Positions 16,713 through 24,913 of a stretch of DNA of 24,963 nt are shown here, piece by piece. Under the pieces are notes generated by a model. That model was not told the DNA's origin and did not search any database. It worked only from the letters and a program-made list of their open reading frames with translations. Numbering within the stretch: position 1 is the stretch's first letter; every line of letters starts with the position of its first letter. Source of the DNA: a virus; the UHGV virus genome UHGV-0093507. One strand, given 5' to 3'. The position numbers and the translations under genes are program-made.

Positions 16713-19507
16713 CTGGTCAGGCCACCCCGCAGCAGGTCTGCTTTGCGGCGGGCGCGTTCAGTAGTTTCACTGATTCTCTGTGCGTGCTCTGCGTCGCGGA
16801 TGGCGCGCAGCATGTCAGAAAGCACGGTAACGGGTGTTTTCATGGTGTTCTGGTCCTGCTGAAGTGTGGATGCCAGGCGTGCGGCGGCTTCGGGGTCTGA
16901 TGCCCCCAGCTGTTCCAGATAGCTGGCGACCGGGTTATGGCGGATCTCCGTACTGCTTACGCCGTGGTTACGGCTCAGGCGCTGCCAGAGCTGCGTGATC
17001 CGGCTGTCCGGTCGGGTATCCGGTTTGCGTACAATTTCAAATCCCTGCGGTGCAATGATGCTGCCGTCAACGTACAGACTGCCGCCCCGTAACAGGTGCT
17101 GCATCTGCTGTTCACCGATATGCAGGCCGAGAGATTCAGCAGACTCCCGCCATTCTTTAGCGAGTAATTCGTGGTTATCAGGCAAAGGCCGCTGCTGTTT
17201 GCGGCTCTGTGTCCAGCTCTGCATTTCATCACTGCTGTTTTTTGCCTGTTTGTCACGCAGCGAACGCATCAGCGCCCGGCGTTCGTGCCGTTTCAGTGAG
17301 CGCATCCATTCGTTCACTTCAACGCCGTCAGGGAGCTGCGGCCACGGTGCTGGCCGTTCTTCCGGCTGTTCTGTCCCGTTGTTGTCCGTTTCCTGTACAC
17401 GGGGACAGTTATTGCCACGAGTCCAAGGGGCGGCAGGGCCGCCCTGAAGGTCAAAACCATTTTCGCGGGCGCTGTCTTCCACTTCCGGTTTACGTCTTAC
17501 CAGCTTCCAGTTATCCGGATGCGTGCACACGCGGGAGGATTCCCCGATGAGTGGTGACCAGATCCCGTAAATCTGTACACTCTGTTCGCCGTAATCGTTC
17601 AGCTCATCTGCGAGGTCGTAGGCGGTGCGAATCAGGTAGTCCTTGCGCGGAACAAGTACGCCGCCCTGTTTCTCAATGTAGGTGGCAAAACACCCTGCAT
17701 CAGCGGCAGCGAGTACCGCATCCATTGCGTCATCCTTCAGCCGTTGCGGACCTTCCGGGTTGCGTGCCATCTGGCTGGCAAGGCGGCGCAGTTCACGCCA
17801 CACCTGACGGGAGGGGATGCCAAAGAACTGGAACTGGCGGACCCGGTGAAGGCGCGCCCAGCCGATGGCGCGTTCCACGCTCTCGGCCATTGATTTTCCG
17901 GTTTCGTGGTCAACGCGTGGCTTGCCCGTTTTCGGGTCGATGCCATCCACGGCGCGGCTGTCCAGGTTCTTTCCGATGTAGGTGGCGATGTAGCTGGTTG
18001 GCGTGCCTTTTGAGCCGTCTACGTACTCCGCCTTAAAACGCGGAGTTATGTCATCGCCCAGCTCGTGGCGGTCTTCCTGAATGGCAATATCGCAGACGTG
18101 GGACACGATGGTTTCAATCTCGTCCGGATGTGCAAAGACCATCATATGCCAGTGCACAGTGCCGTCATGGTGAGGCTCCACCGTGCGGATGCCATACCAG
18201 CGCAGACCGTCGCGGTTCAGTTTTTTGCGGACCGCCGCAAAAAACGTGTTAACCAGGTAATCGCTGGAGTCGCGCATGGTGGCCCCGTTCCATTTGGGGT
18301 TCGGATGACCGTTCTCTGTTGTGGCGTGGTATTTTGACGGGCAGGTGACAGTCAGAAACACCGCTCTGTCGCCACGGGCTTCGGCCAGAAGTTCCAGTCC
18401 CTTCATGGTGGCCATCATTTCTGCCTTACGGTGAACCGGGTTACTTACTCCCGCGTAATACACCGTCTCGAGATCAATCGTGAACCCGTCTTCATTTTCC
18501 AGCATGAAACTTTTCAGGAAATCGCGTGTTTTCTCGCGCTGTGCGCGAAACTCGCTTAACGCGTCCTGGCTCAGATAGGGTGATGTTTTTCTGGAAACCA
18601 GACAGGCGGCGCGGAGTTGTTCTTCTCTCCACTCGCAACGTAACAGCCACAGTTTGCGTTTCCACCATTCCGCACAGGTCAGGCGAAGGATTGTGCCCGG
18701 CAGCAGCTCCGTGTCCGGTTCGTTCCTCCGGTCTTTATCTGTTGTCAGTGCGTCATAATGTGGAGGCATGGCGTGCAGGTGTAACGCCATGCGGGCCAGC
18801 ATCTGATACGCCTTCAGCGTTACATCCATGGTCAGTTCGCCATCAGTCGCGCCAAAGCCATCGCAGAGTTTTTCGAAGGTGCTGCTGAACATCGCCGCCG
18901 TCATGGTGGCCAGCGTCTGTATCTGGTGTTTGTTGAGCTGCGGCAGGTAAAGCAAATCGTCCAGGCGTTCGCGTCCGGCAAGGGAGCGATAACCCGGTGT
19001 CAGCCAGCGGCTGTCGGTGCGGTCCAGACGTTCGAATATTTTGCGCAGGGTTCCGCGTGTATAGCGTTCCGCCTGCCAGCTCTTTTTGCCTTTCTGACGA
19101 TCGGCTTCCTGCTTCTTGCGCAGGAAAGAGAGGTGGCGGCTCAGAGGTTCTCGCAGATAAACGGGAAGCGCCTTCAGTGTGGCAAAGGCACGGGCTACCG
19201 GGTCTTGTTCTGTTGCCCGGCGCTTACTGATGATGCTCTGTGCCAGCTTTTCACGCTGTCCGGCTTCCTCAAGGGATGCCATGAGTTTTTTACCCATGGC
19301 GGATTGTGCGAAAAAGGCTTCTTCCTTCGCTTCCTGTTCTTCCTGTGCCCTTTTGTCCGCCTCAAGGTAGTAACGGATGGCGCGTTGCAGGTCGGTTTCA
19401 GTTTCCTGCCTGCGCTCCGTAAATCTGGCCGGATCAATAGCTGGTCGTGGTTCATTCCAGCTCCATGCAAACTCACTCATGGCTGGTATCCCGTCACGCG
19501 CTGCCAC
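16640..19507 (-). CDS. A: Replication initiation endonuclease (P2 gpA-like rolling-circle initiator)
   Basis: 955-aa ORF with HUH-type motif (…DGTVHWHMMVFAHPDE…); last large gene of the early operon. Confidence 0.8.
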   Translation of the reverse strand: MAARDGIPAMSEFAWSWNEPRPAIDPARFTERRQETETDLQRAIRYYLEADKRAQEEQEAKEEAFFAQSAMGKKLMASLEEAGQREKLAQSIISKRRATEQDPVARAFATLKALPVYLREPLSRHLSFLRKKQEADRQKGKKSWQAERYTRGTLRKIFERLDRTDSRWLTPGYRSLAGRERLDDLLYLPQLNKHQIQTLATMTAAMFSSTFEKLCDGFGATDGELTMDVTLKAYQMLARMALHLHAMPPHYDALTTDKDRRNEPDTELLPGTILRLTCAEWWKRKLWLLRCEWREEQLRAACLVSRKTSPYLSQDALSEFRAQREKTRDFLKSFMLENEDGFTIDLETVYYAGVSNPVHRKAEMMATMKGLELLAEARGDRAVFLTVTCPSKYHATTENGHPNPKWNGATMRDSSDYLVNTFFAAVRKKLNRDGLRWYGIRTVEPHHDGTVHWHMMVFAHPDEIETIVSHVCDIAIQEDRHELGDDITPRFKAEYVDGSKGTPTSYIATYIGKNLDSRAVDGIDPKTGKPRVDHETGKSMAESVERAIGWARLHRVRQFQFFGIPSRQVWRELRRLASQMARNPEGPQRLKDDAMDAVLAAADAGCFATYIEKQGGVLVPRKDYLIRTAYDLADELNDYGEQSVQIYGIWSPLIGESSRVCTHPDNWKLVRRKPEVEDSARENGFDLQGGPAAPWTRGNNCPRVQETDNNGTEQPEERPAPWPQLPDGVEVNEWMRSLKRHERRALMRSLRDKQAKNSSDEMQSWTQSRKQQRPLPDNHELLAKEWRESAESLGLHIGEQQMQHLLRGGSLYVDGSIIAPQGFEIVRKPDTRPDSRITQLWQRLSRNHGVSSTEIRHNPVASYLEQLGASDPEAAARLASTLQQDQNTMKTPVTVLSDMLRAIRDAEHAQRISETTERARRKADLLRGGLTSGNKKQTETGFTNPVNEQKTRRDI

Positions 19508-19866
19508 TCCTGCGAGAAGAGGGCAGAAAGGCGGTTAAATTCAGCGGTGTATTCACTCAGCGAGGCACACCCGCCAGCAGTGCGATGCGCCAGCATTGCC
19601 GCAAATACGGAGGCCGGGGAGTCGTAATACGCCAGCAGTGATTCTCCGTGTGGTGTCAGGTAGTGCAACGCCAGCCCGTGTGGTGTGAAGTCCACGCGGT
19701 AGCAGTCGTCTACTGTGAAATAAAGGGTGTCTGCATTCTCCGGTTTTGTGGTGCGTGCTCTGTTGTCACGACCACGGATGTAGAGAGCAAATAATCCCTG
19801 AAGAACGGGAGCCAGACGGGTGTCCTGTGTGCGCACCCATCTTGTGAAGTCATGAGCGTCAATCAT
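19477..19866 (-). CDS. Hypothetical early protein immediately upstream of A
   Basis: 129-aa ORF whose 3' end overlaps the A start by about 30 nt; no family recognised. Confidence 0.5.
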   Translation of the reverse strand: MIDAHDFTRWVRTQDTRLAPVLQGLFALYIRGRDNRARTTKPENADTLYFTVDDCYRVDFTPHGLALHYLTPHGESLLAYYDSPASVFAAMLAHRTAGGCASLSEYTAEFNRLSALFSQEWQRVTGYQP

Positions 19867-19938
19867 GCTGCAATTCTCTTTACTACAGATGTGCGAAGGC
19901 CTCCCGCCGCAAGGTGCAGGAAAGGCCCGGAACAGGAA

Positions 19939-20169
19939 TTAATGGAGTTTGTTTTGCTGCTGGAAGAGTTGTTGCAGCTCGCGCAGATCATCCGCCAGAT
20001 AGCTGAAAACAGAGGCGGAATAGATGTTCGATAGCGCGTGGCTGCGCTCATGCAGCATATTGATGTGCATGATTTGCGCGACGCGTGATGCGCGGAAAAG
20101 TCTACGGTTGATTTCAGTCTGGATGTGACGACGCGCAGCGTATGCGCGCTGTTGTTTGCGGTTTGCCAT
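19939..20169 (-). CDS. Hypothetical small basic early protein
   Basis: 76-aa ORF in the early operon orientation; no family recognised. Confidence 0.4.
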   Translation of the reverse strand: MANRKQQRAYAARRHIQTEINRRLFRASRVAQIMHINMLHERSHALSNIYSASVFSYLADDLRELQQLFQQQNKLH

Positions 20170-20491
20170 GGTGTGGCCTCTTTGCTCGGTGATAGAAATA
20201 GCTCACCATCCAGAGTTGAGAATCTCGGGGTGGCGAGACGTACAGGGTTCTCAACACCGGAGAGCAAAGAATCCGGCCCGACCGAAGTCGGCCCCGTACG
20301 CCCCGCCATAATTCTGACGCGAAAAAGACGTGGCAATACAGTACGCACAAAAAAACCGCTGGCGCGGTTATGCGCTTTGCTCTGTATCGGGTTGAGAATC
20401 CCGGCACCCGTTTTATGAGGTGCAGCGGAAATGTAACCTGACCGATTGCGGCATGGCAAGCGGTTTTTTTGTGTGTGCATGTTCTGGTTTC

Positions 20492-20791
20492 TTACTGGTT
20501 CAGAAAAAAATCAAAAACGTTATCGATGCGTTGCAGCAGCTCTTGCTGCATTGCTTCCGGCGTTTCCGGTTCGCCAGGTGCTCCCAGCGTTGCGCAGAAA
20601 TCAGCGATTTCATGATGGAGCGTCAGGCGAATGGCAGGAGCCGTGGTTTTGGCGTGCTCCAGCTGATCCAGCAGTGCCAGCACAGCAGACGGCGAGAGCA
20701 TTGCGCGAAATGCCAGTAATTTTTGAGGAGTTGCCATTCGTTGCAGGGCAAATGCCAGTTCGCGTAGCTTCTGGTGGTTGATGGTGCTCAT
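20492..20791 (-). CDS. Hypothetical early protein
   Basis: 99-aa ORF; start overlaps the upstream gene stop by 4 nt (translational coupling). Confidence 0.45.
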   Translation of the reverse strand: MSTINHQKLRELAFALQRMATPQKLLAFRAMLSPSAVLALLDQLEHAKTTAPAIRLTLHHEIADFCATLGAPGEPETPEAMQQELLQRIDNVFDFFLNQ

Positions 20792-21054
20792 GTTCTGGCT
20801 TCCTTCAGTAGCTGGTTAAACATGTGAGTAAGTGGATTGCTACACCCGAACGGCATCGGGTTTACGTGGTAAGAAGCCTGGCCTCCAGTTTTGCGAGCGC
20901 GACCACCTGTGCTGCGGTTTGTTCTGATGACTAAGCCGCTGCGCCAAAGTCGGCGTAACTCAGCATTAATAGCTGTGGTTGGGGTGTTCAGTGCTGCGGC
21001 GATTTCTCCGCCGCTACAACCCGGATGTGTAGTGATGTAGTCCAGAATGGTCAT
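20788..21054 (-). CDS. Hypothetical early protein, possible winged-helix DNA-binding fold
   Basis: 88-aa ORF; segment GGEIAAALNTPTTAINAELRRLWRSGLV looks like a winged-helix recognition region; coupled to the neighbouring genes by 4-nt overlaps. Confidence 0.4.
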   Translation of the reverse strand: MTILDYITTHPGCSGGEIAAALNTPTTAINAELRRLWRSGLVIRTNRSTGGRARKTGGQASYHVNPMPFGCSNPLTHMFNQLLKEART

Positions 21055-21254
21055 TTACGTGGCTCCTGTACCTGTCGGATAAGATTCACCCGCGCCACGT
21101 TGGTGGCGCAGAAGTAAGTGCCGTCAGTGAGGTAGATGTGGTGTGCATCCTTTTCCGAACGATGTTTGTCGATAGTGGTAATCAGGCGTTCGTCGACCTC
21201 GTATTCGCGCCCTCTGGAGGTAAAGCGAACGACGGGAAAATGCTTAATTGCCAT
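21051..21254 (-). CDS. Hypothetical small early protein
   Basis: 67-aa ORF in operon orientation with 4-nt overlap to the downstream gene. Confidence 0.4.
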   Translation of the reverse strand: MAIKHFPVVRFTSRGREYEVDERLITTIDKHRSEKDAHHIYLTDGTYFCATNVARVNLIRQVQEPRK

Positions 21255-21277
21255 TGCGCCCCCTTTGTCCAGTAACC

Positions 21278-21694
21278 CTATGCGTTAAATACGGCACGTT
21301 GCGCGTCATCAATGAATACAGCTTGAGATCGTTCTATCAGGCGGAGATTTGTCAGAAGCTCTGACTCTTTTGTGTGGTAAGGCGTTATCAGGTATTTGCC
21401 GTGCAGTTCGGCAATAATGGTGTATTGCGTCATTATTGCCGAACCAAGAATGTAAATGCGGCGTCCAATGCTGGACGGATTCATGGCTGCAACTGTTGAC
21501 TGTGTTTTAAGAGTGTCGATTTCTTTGCCCTGTTCCTCAATAATTTTGGCTGCGTCAGCGGTGATTTTTGCAATGGTCAGTGCGTGAAGTGCTGCCATAT
21601 GTTGGCTACGCTTCACGGCATCTTTAGCCATTTCATCTTCCGCTTCTGATATTTTTTTTAATGTGTCGATAATGCCTTCTTCTTTTGCGTTCAT
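21278..21694 (-). CDS. Hypothetical protein in an AT-rich block of the early region
   Basis: 138-aa ORF with a Lys/Glu-rich, coiled-coil-like N-terminal half; visibly lower GC than flanking phage genes. Confidence 0.45.
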   Translation of the reverse strand: MNAKEEGIIDTLKKISEAEDEMAKDAVKRSQHMAALHALTIAKITADAAKIIEEQGKEIDTLKTQSTVAAMNPSSIGRRIYILGSAIMTQYTIIAELHGKYLITPYHTKESELLTNLRLIERSQAVFIDDAQRAVFNA

Positions 21695-21793
21695 TTTATA
21701 TCTCCGTTATTTACGTGTGCGAATACCTCCGTTAATACGGATGGTTTTCACGTTTTCTTATTTAATTTGATGTTTTATTTGTATCGTTATTCA

Positions 21794-21898
21794 TCAGAGA
21801 AAAACGCTCGATCGTTTCACTGAATTAATAATTCGCATAATCCCAATGGCGCAGACCACCGAAATAATCAGAATAAGCCATGAAATAAATATACTCAT
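21794..21898 (-). CDS. Small hydrophobic membrane peptide (34 aa), absent from the ORF track
   Basis: ATG at 21898 overlaps the stop of the upstream 81-aa gene (ATGA). Hand translation gives MSIFISWLILIISVVCAIGIMRIINSVKRSSVFL, a single predicted TM helix with a basic C-terminus. Confidence 0.3.
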   Translation of the reverse strand: MSIFISWLILIISVVCAIGIMRIINSVKRSSVFL

Positions 21899-22140
21899 GC
21901 GATATTTCCCAGCTTATACGGTTCAATATGTTCCCCGCATTCTGCGGCACAGATCAGCTCGGAAAGTTCGTTAAGTGCATCCAGATCATCAGCGTAAAAA
22001 GCCACGTCATACAGACTTCGGATTGCTCTGGTCAATGAGTCACGGGCCGCACGTTCAGCATGAGTGCCTGATGCACTTAAGCGAAAATAAAAACGCTCAA
22101 GTGCTTTGTTAATGAGAGTTTTATATTCTTTGCCCATCAC
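21895..22140 (-). CDS. Hypothetical early protein
   Basis: 81-aa ORF in operon orientation; no family recognised. Confidence 0.4.
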   Translation of the reverse strand: MMGKEYKTLINKALERFYFRLSASGTHAERAARDSLTRAIRSLYDVAFYADDLDALNELSELICAAECGEHIEPYKLGNIA

Positions 22141-22148
22141 AACGCCCT

Positions 22149-22436
22149 TTAATCTGCTTTCTGTATTTCAGCTTCTGAATCCATACAAATAATTTCGATA
22201 TAGGGTTCATCGCCATTAACCTGGCGTGCCTTTTCAGCTTCGCTAATGATTTCTCGTACGGTCTGGTACGGAAGTTCCACAAGCAGTCGCGTGCCGTTCA
22301 GATAAACGTAAGTGGCTTCGTCGGCTCCGTTTTTACCCGCCGGAGTCACTCCGTCAATAGCGGATGCACGTAATAACAGTTCACCGCGAAAATCAATAAA
22401 ACGGATAAATACACCTTGTGCATGGTCTTTGGTCAT
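22149..22436 (-). CDS. Hypothetical early protein (about 95 aa from the internal ATG)
   Basis: Track ORF 22149-22550 overlaps the upstream gene. The ATG at 22436 lies just after that gene's stop (22447-22449) and has an AGGTG-like RBS. Confidence 0.4.
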   Translation of the reverse strand: MTKDHAQGVFIRFIDFRGELLLRASAIDGVTPAGKNGADEATYVYLNGTRLLVELPYQTVREIISEAEKARQVNGDEPYIEIICMDSEAEIQKAD

Positions 22437-22446
22437 AAAGCACCTG

Positions 22447-22785
22447 TTATAAATCAGCCTGTTTAATAAAACTTTGCCCGCGAAGCAGACGATCAACCGT
22501 GCGAAGTGCTTCGTATAATGTGAAATCCTGCCCGAACTGATTGTCGCCACAGCTCAATGCAAAAATGCGGTTTCCGGTAAACGGATTGCGTGGGCATTTG
22601 TGGATCACGATTCCAGCTTTCTCAATCAGCCAGGCGTGCTCGCCGATTTGTTTTACTGGGTAGCCATCCGGCGTTGCGTGTGTATCACTCAGGCTGTAGC
22701 GGATGTTGCTGCGTGATGCACTGGTAGTGAAACGGTTAGCGTGGCGTTCTGTTCCGGTACGAAAATTACGGCGTTGCTTCAGCAT
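22447..22785 (-). CDS. Hypothetical early protein
   Basis: 112-aa ORF, second gene of the leftward early operon. Confidence 0.4.
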   Translation of the reverse strand: MLKQRRNFRTGTERHANRFTTSASRSNIRYSLSDTHATPDGYPVKQIGEHAWLIEKAGIVIHKCPRNPFTGNRIFALSCGDNQFGQDFTLYEALRTVDRLLRGQSFIKQADL

Positions 22786-22799
22786 AAAATGACACCTCG

Positions 22800-23078
22800 T
22801 TATTTTGTCATCTGCACGTATTTTTCTGCGCTCCTGATTGTTTTCAGGAAAAGAGCGAAGAGATTTACTGTGCGTCTTGAGTTCTTTTCATCCTGGTTGA
22901 TGGGAATTGAACCTCTGTCAGCCTGTCTTTTCACTGTGTTAACAGCTTGGTTGGTACGCTTTGCGTAATCTTTCAGGCTTTCTTCAAGTACTGGTAACCC
23001 ATGCTCATCGCGGTAGGGATAGAACGCTGCTAAACGCTCAAAGTCTGCCTGTTCGTGTGTGTTCAGGACTTTTGCCAT
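22800..23078 (-). CDS. Cox-like / excisionase-type small DNA-binding regulator, first gene of the early operon, divergent from repressor C
   Basis: 92-aa ORF positioned exactly as P2 cox relative to C and the operators; possible HTH around AKRTNQAVNTVKRQADRGSIP. The assignment is positional, not from sequence identity. Confidence 0.45.
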   Translation of the reverse strand: MAKVLNTHEQADFERLAAFYPYRDEHGLPVLEESLKDYAKRTNQAVNTVKRQADRGSIPINQDEKNSRRTVNLFALFLKTIRSAEKYVQMTK

Positions 23079-23117
23079 GTGTGATAACCTGCGCTATCTG
23101 TGGTTGTTTGTGACTTG

Positions 23118-23170
23118 GTGTACTTATAAGTACACCTTGTGCGCAAGCTTAGTGTACTTATAGGAACACT
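23118..23170. promoter_or_regulatory. Immunity-switch operator region: an 18-bp perfect palindrome and a related imperfect second site between cox-like and C
   Basis: gtgtacttataagtacac (23118-23135, perfect palindrome) and agtgtacttataggaacact (23151-23170); the shared 11-mer gtgtacttata recurs 34 bp apart. TATAAG-like hexamers are embedded in both orientations. Confidence 0.6.
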
Positions 23171-23174
23171 GTCA

Positions 23175-23483
23175 ATGCTTATCGGTGAAAAAATTAGAGT
23201 GATTCGTGAATCAGAGGATTTAACGCGCGAAGAATTTTGCGGCCTGATTGATGTGCCTATCGGCACTTTGCGTCGTTATGAAACGGGGAGGATTGAAAAC
23301 ATAGGTGGCGAAGTGCTTATCAAGATTGTTAATCACCCTCGCTTTTTTAAGTACATGAATTGGCTTATGACGGGAAAAACAAATGAGGCTGCTGGGCAGA
23401 TCAGTCCGTCTCTCTCCCCTGATGGGCCAAAAAGCACATCGCCTTCTCAAAAACCCCGCAAGACTGGCACACAGCCCGGCTAA
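23175..23483 (+). CDS. C: Immunity repressor (P2 C-like)
   Basis: ATG at 23175 directly after the second operator. HTH segment (…REEFCGLIDVPIGTLRRYETG…) and C-terminal HPRFFKYMNWLMTGKTNEAAGQISPSL resemble P2 C as recalled from memory; the track ORF starts 12 codons further upstream. Confidence 0.7.
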   Translation: MLIGEKIRVIRESEDLTREEFCGLIDVPIGTLRRYETGRIENIGGEVLIKIVNHPRFFKYMNWLMTGKTNEAAGQISPSLSPDGPKSTSPSQKPRKTGTQPG

Positions 23484-23532
23484 TCATGGAGCGCTGGGGG
23501 CATGGTGGTCTTGTAACGCTGGGGTTTCACGA

Positions 23533-24507
23533 ATGAGCATAAAATCAATTCCGGGAGGGTATCTTCTTGACATGCGCCCGGAGGGGCGTAAAGGCAAACG
23601 CATTCGTAAAAAATTTAAAACGAAATCGGATGCAGTTTTATATGAGCGGTGGGTGCTGGCGCAACAGCATAACAATGAGTGGAAAGGAAACTCCATTGAT
23701 CGCCGTCCGCTGTCAGTGCTTATTGACTTGTGGTGGAAATACCACGGCCAGCTAATGAAGTCAGGGCATAACACGCGCCTTAAATTGCTGCGCTTGAGTG
23801 AGGCAATGGATGACCCGTGCGTGCATAAACTTAATACAACGATGCTCACCGAGCTACGTGTGTCCAGGATAGAGCAGGGGATACAGCCCAGCACCATAAA
23901 TCGAGAGATTGGGGCGTTAAGCGCGATGTTTACCGCACTCATCTCATCCGGCCATTTTCTTAACGATAACCCCGTTCAAGGCCTTAAAGGAATGAAGGTT
24001 AACGAGCGCGAAATGGGATATCTGAGTAAGTCTGAATGTGTTCAGTTGCTGGATGCACTGGCTGAAAATCCCGATGAACGGCTGGCTGTCGAAATCCTTC
24101 TGTCGACCGGGGCGCGATGGGGCGAGGTAGCGGCACTGGAGCAGCGCCGTGTTCTTCATTGTCGAATCACTTTTTCAAAAACGAAGAACAGCAAAAACCG
24201 TACCGTTCCTATTTCTGAAAGCCTGTTTGAAAAGATCAAAAAACGGGGCGGGAAACTGGTGTTTCCGACGCTGGATTATCCATTGGTTCGCGATGTCATC
24301 AAAACGGTCGCACCTGATGTTCCTGATGGCCAGGCTGTTCATGCGCTGCGCCACACCTTCGCCAGTCATTTCATGATGAACGGCGGCAATATTCTGACGC
24401 TCCAGAAAATTCTGGGGCACGCAAAGATTCAGACAACGATGATTTATGCCCATCTTGCGCCGGATTACTTGCAGGATGCGGTGAGATTTAATCCTATTGC
24501 TGGGTAA
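23533..24507 (+). CDS. int: Tyrosine integrase (P2 Int-like site-specific recombinase)
   Basis: ATG at 23533 gives MSIKSIPGGYLLDMRPEGRKGKRIRKKFKTKSDA…; C-terminal catalytic signature …HALRHTFASHFMMNGG…LGHAKIQTTMIYAHL (R-H-R-Y family); downstream of C as in P2. Confidence 0.9.
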   Translation: MSIKSIPGGYLLDMRPEGRKGKRIRKKFKTKSDAVLYERWVLAQQHNNEWKGNSIDRRPLSVLIDLWWKYHGQLMKSGHNTRLKLLRLSEAMDDPCVHKLNTTMLTELRVSRIEQGIQPSTINREIGALSAMFTALISSGHFLNDNPVQGLKGMKVNEREMGYLSKSECVQLLDALAENPDERLAVEILLSTGARWGEVAALEQRRVLHCRITFSKTKNSKNRTVPISESLFEKIKKRGGKLVFPTLDYPLVRDVIKTVAPDVPDGQAVHALRHTFASHFMMNGGNILTLQKILGHAKIQTTMIYAHLAPDYLQDAVRFNPIAG

Positions 24508-24517
24508 GGAGGATGTT

Positions 24518-24913
24518 GTGGAAAAAACAGTTAATAGCGATTTGCATTTAGGTCAGTACTGGAGAATAGACATTGTCTGCGATCCAGAACTTCGAGATGA
24601 GGTTGAGCAATATTTTTCTCGACACGATGTTGGTTTTAGCAAAATTGAAGTTTTTTCCGTCGAAAATCCATATAAACTTGCTCTGTTCTTTGATTTCGCG
24701 AAGAAGGGTGTGGAGGTTGCAAAAGCCATTATGGGACTCTTAGACCGAAATGATATTGAAATAACGATGTATCGTGCTACGGACAGTAGCCCGCAGTCTG
24801 TAAAAAGCATCAAATTGCGTAAGTCTGAAGACGTAGAGAAATGTAAAGATTTGCTTAGTACGTGTGTCGCAATTGGCGTTCAACGAAATAAGGAAAAAGA
24901 GGGGAGCGAATGA
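24518..24913 (+). CDS. Hypothetical AT-rich protein immediately downstream of int
   Basis: RBS aaggagg (24506-24512) inside the int 3' end with a GTG at 24518. About 131 aa, Lys/Glu-rich, no family recognised; lower GC than int. Confidence 0.4.
   Translation: MEKTVNSDLHLGQYWRIDIVCDPELRDEVEQYFSRHDVGFSKIEVFSVENPYKLALFFDFAKKGVEVAKAIMGLLDRNDIEITMYRATDSSPQSVKSIKLRKSEDVEKCKDLLSTCVAIGVQRNKEKEGSE

Noticed and set aside
16596-16900. Plus-strand ORFs 16596-16862 and 16631-16900 across the hairpin repeats and A 3' end
   Set aside because: They overlap the A coding end and the repeat elements; the Cys/Phe-rich translations look like antisense artefacts.
20114-20418. ORFs on both strands (20114-20407 minus, 20125-20418 plus) in the early-operon gap
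   Set aside because: They overlap each other and the adjacent 76-aa gene, lack RBS support, and span the hairpin and repeat motifs. The gap is more likely non-coding.
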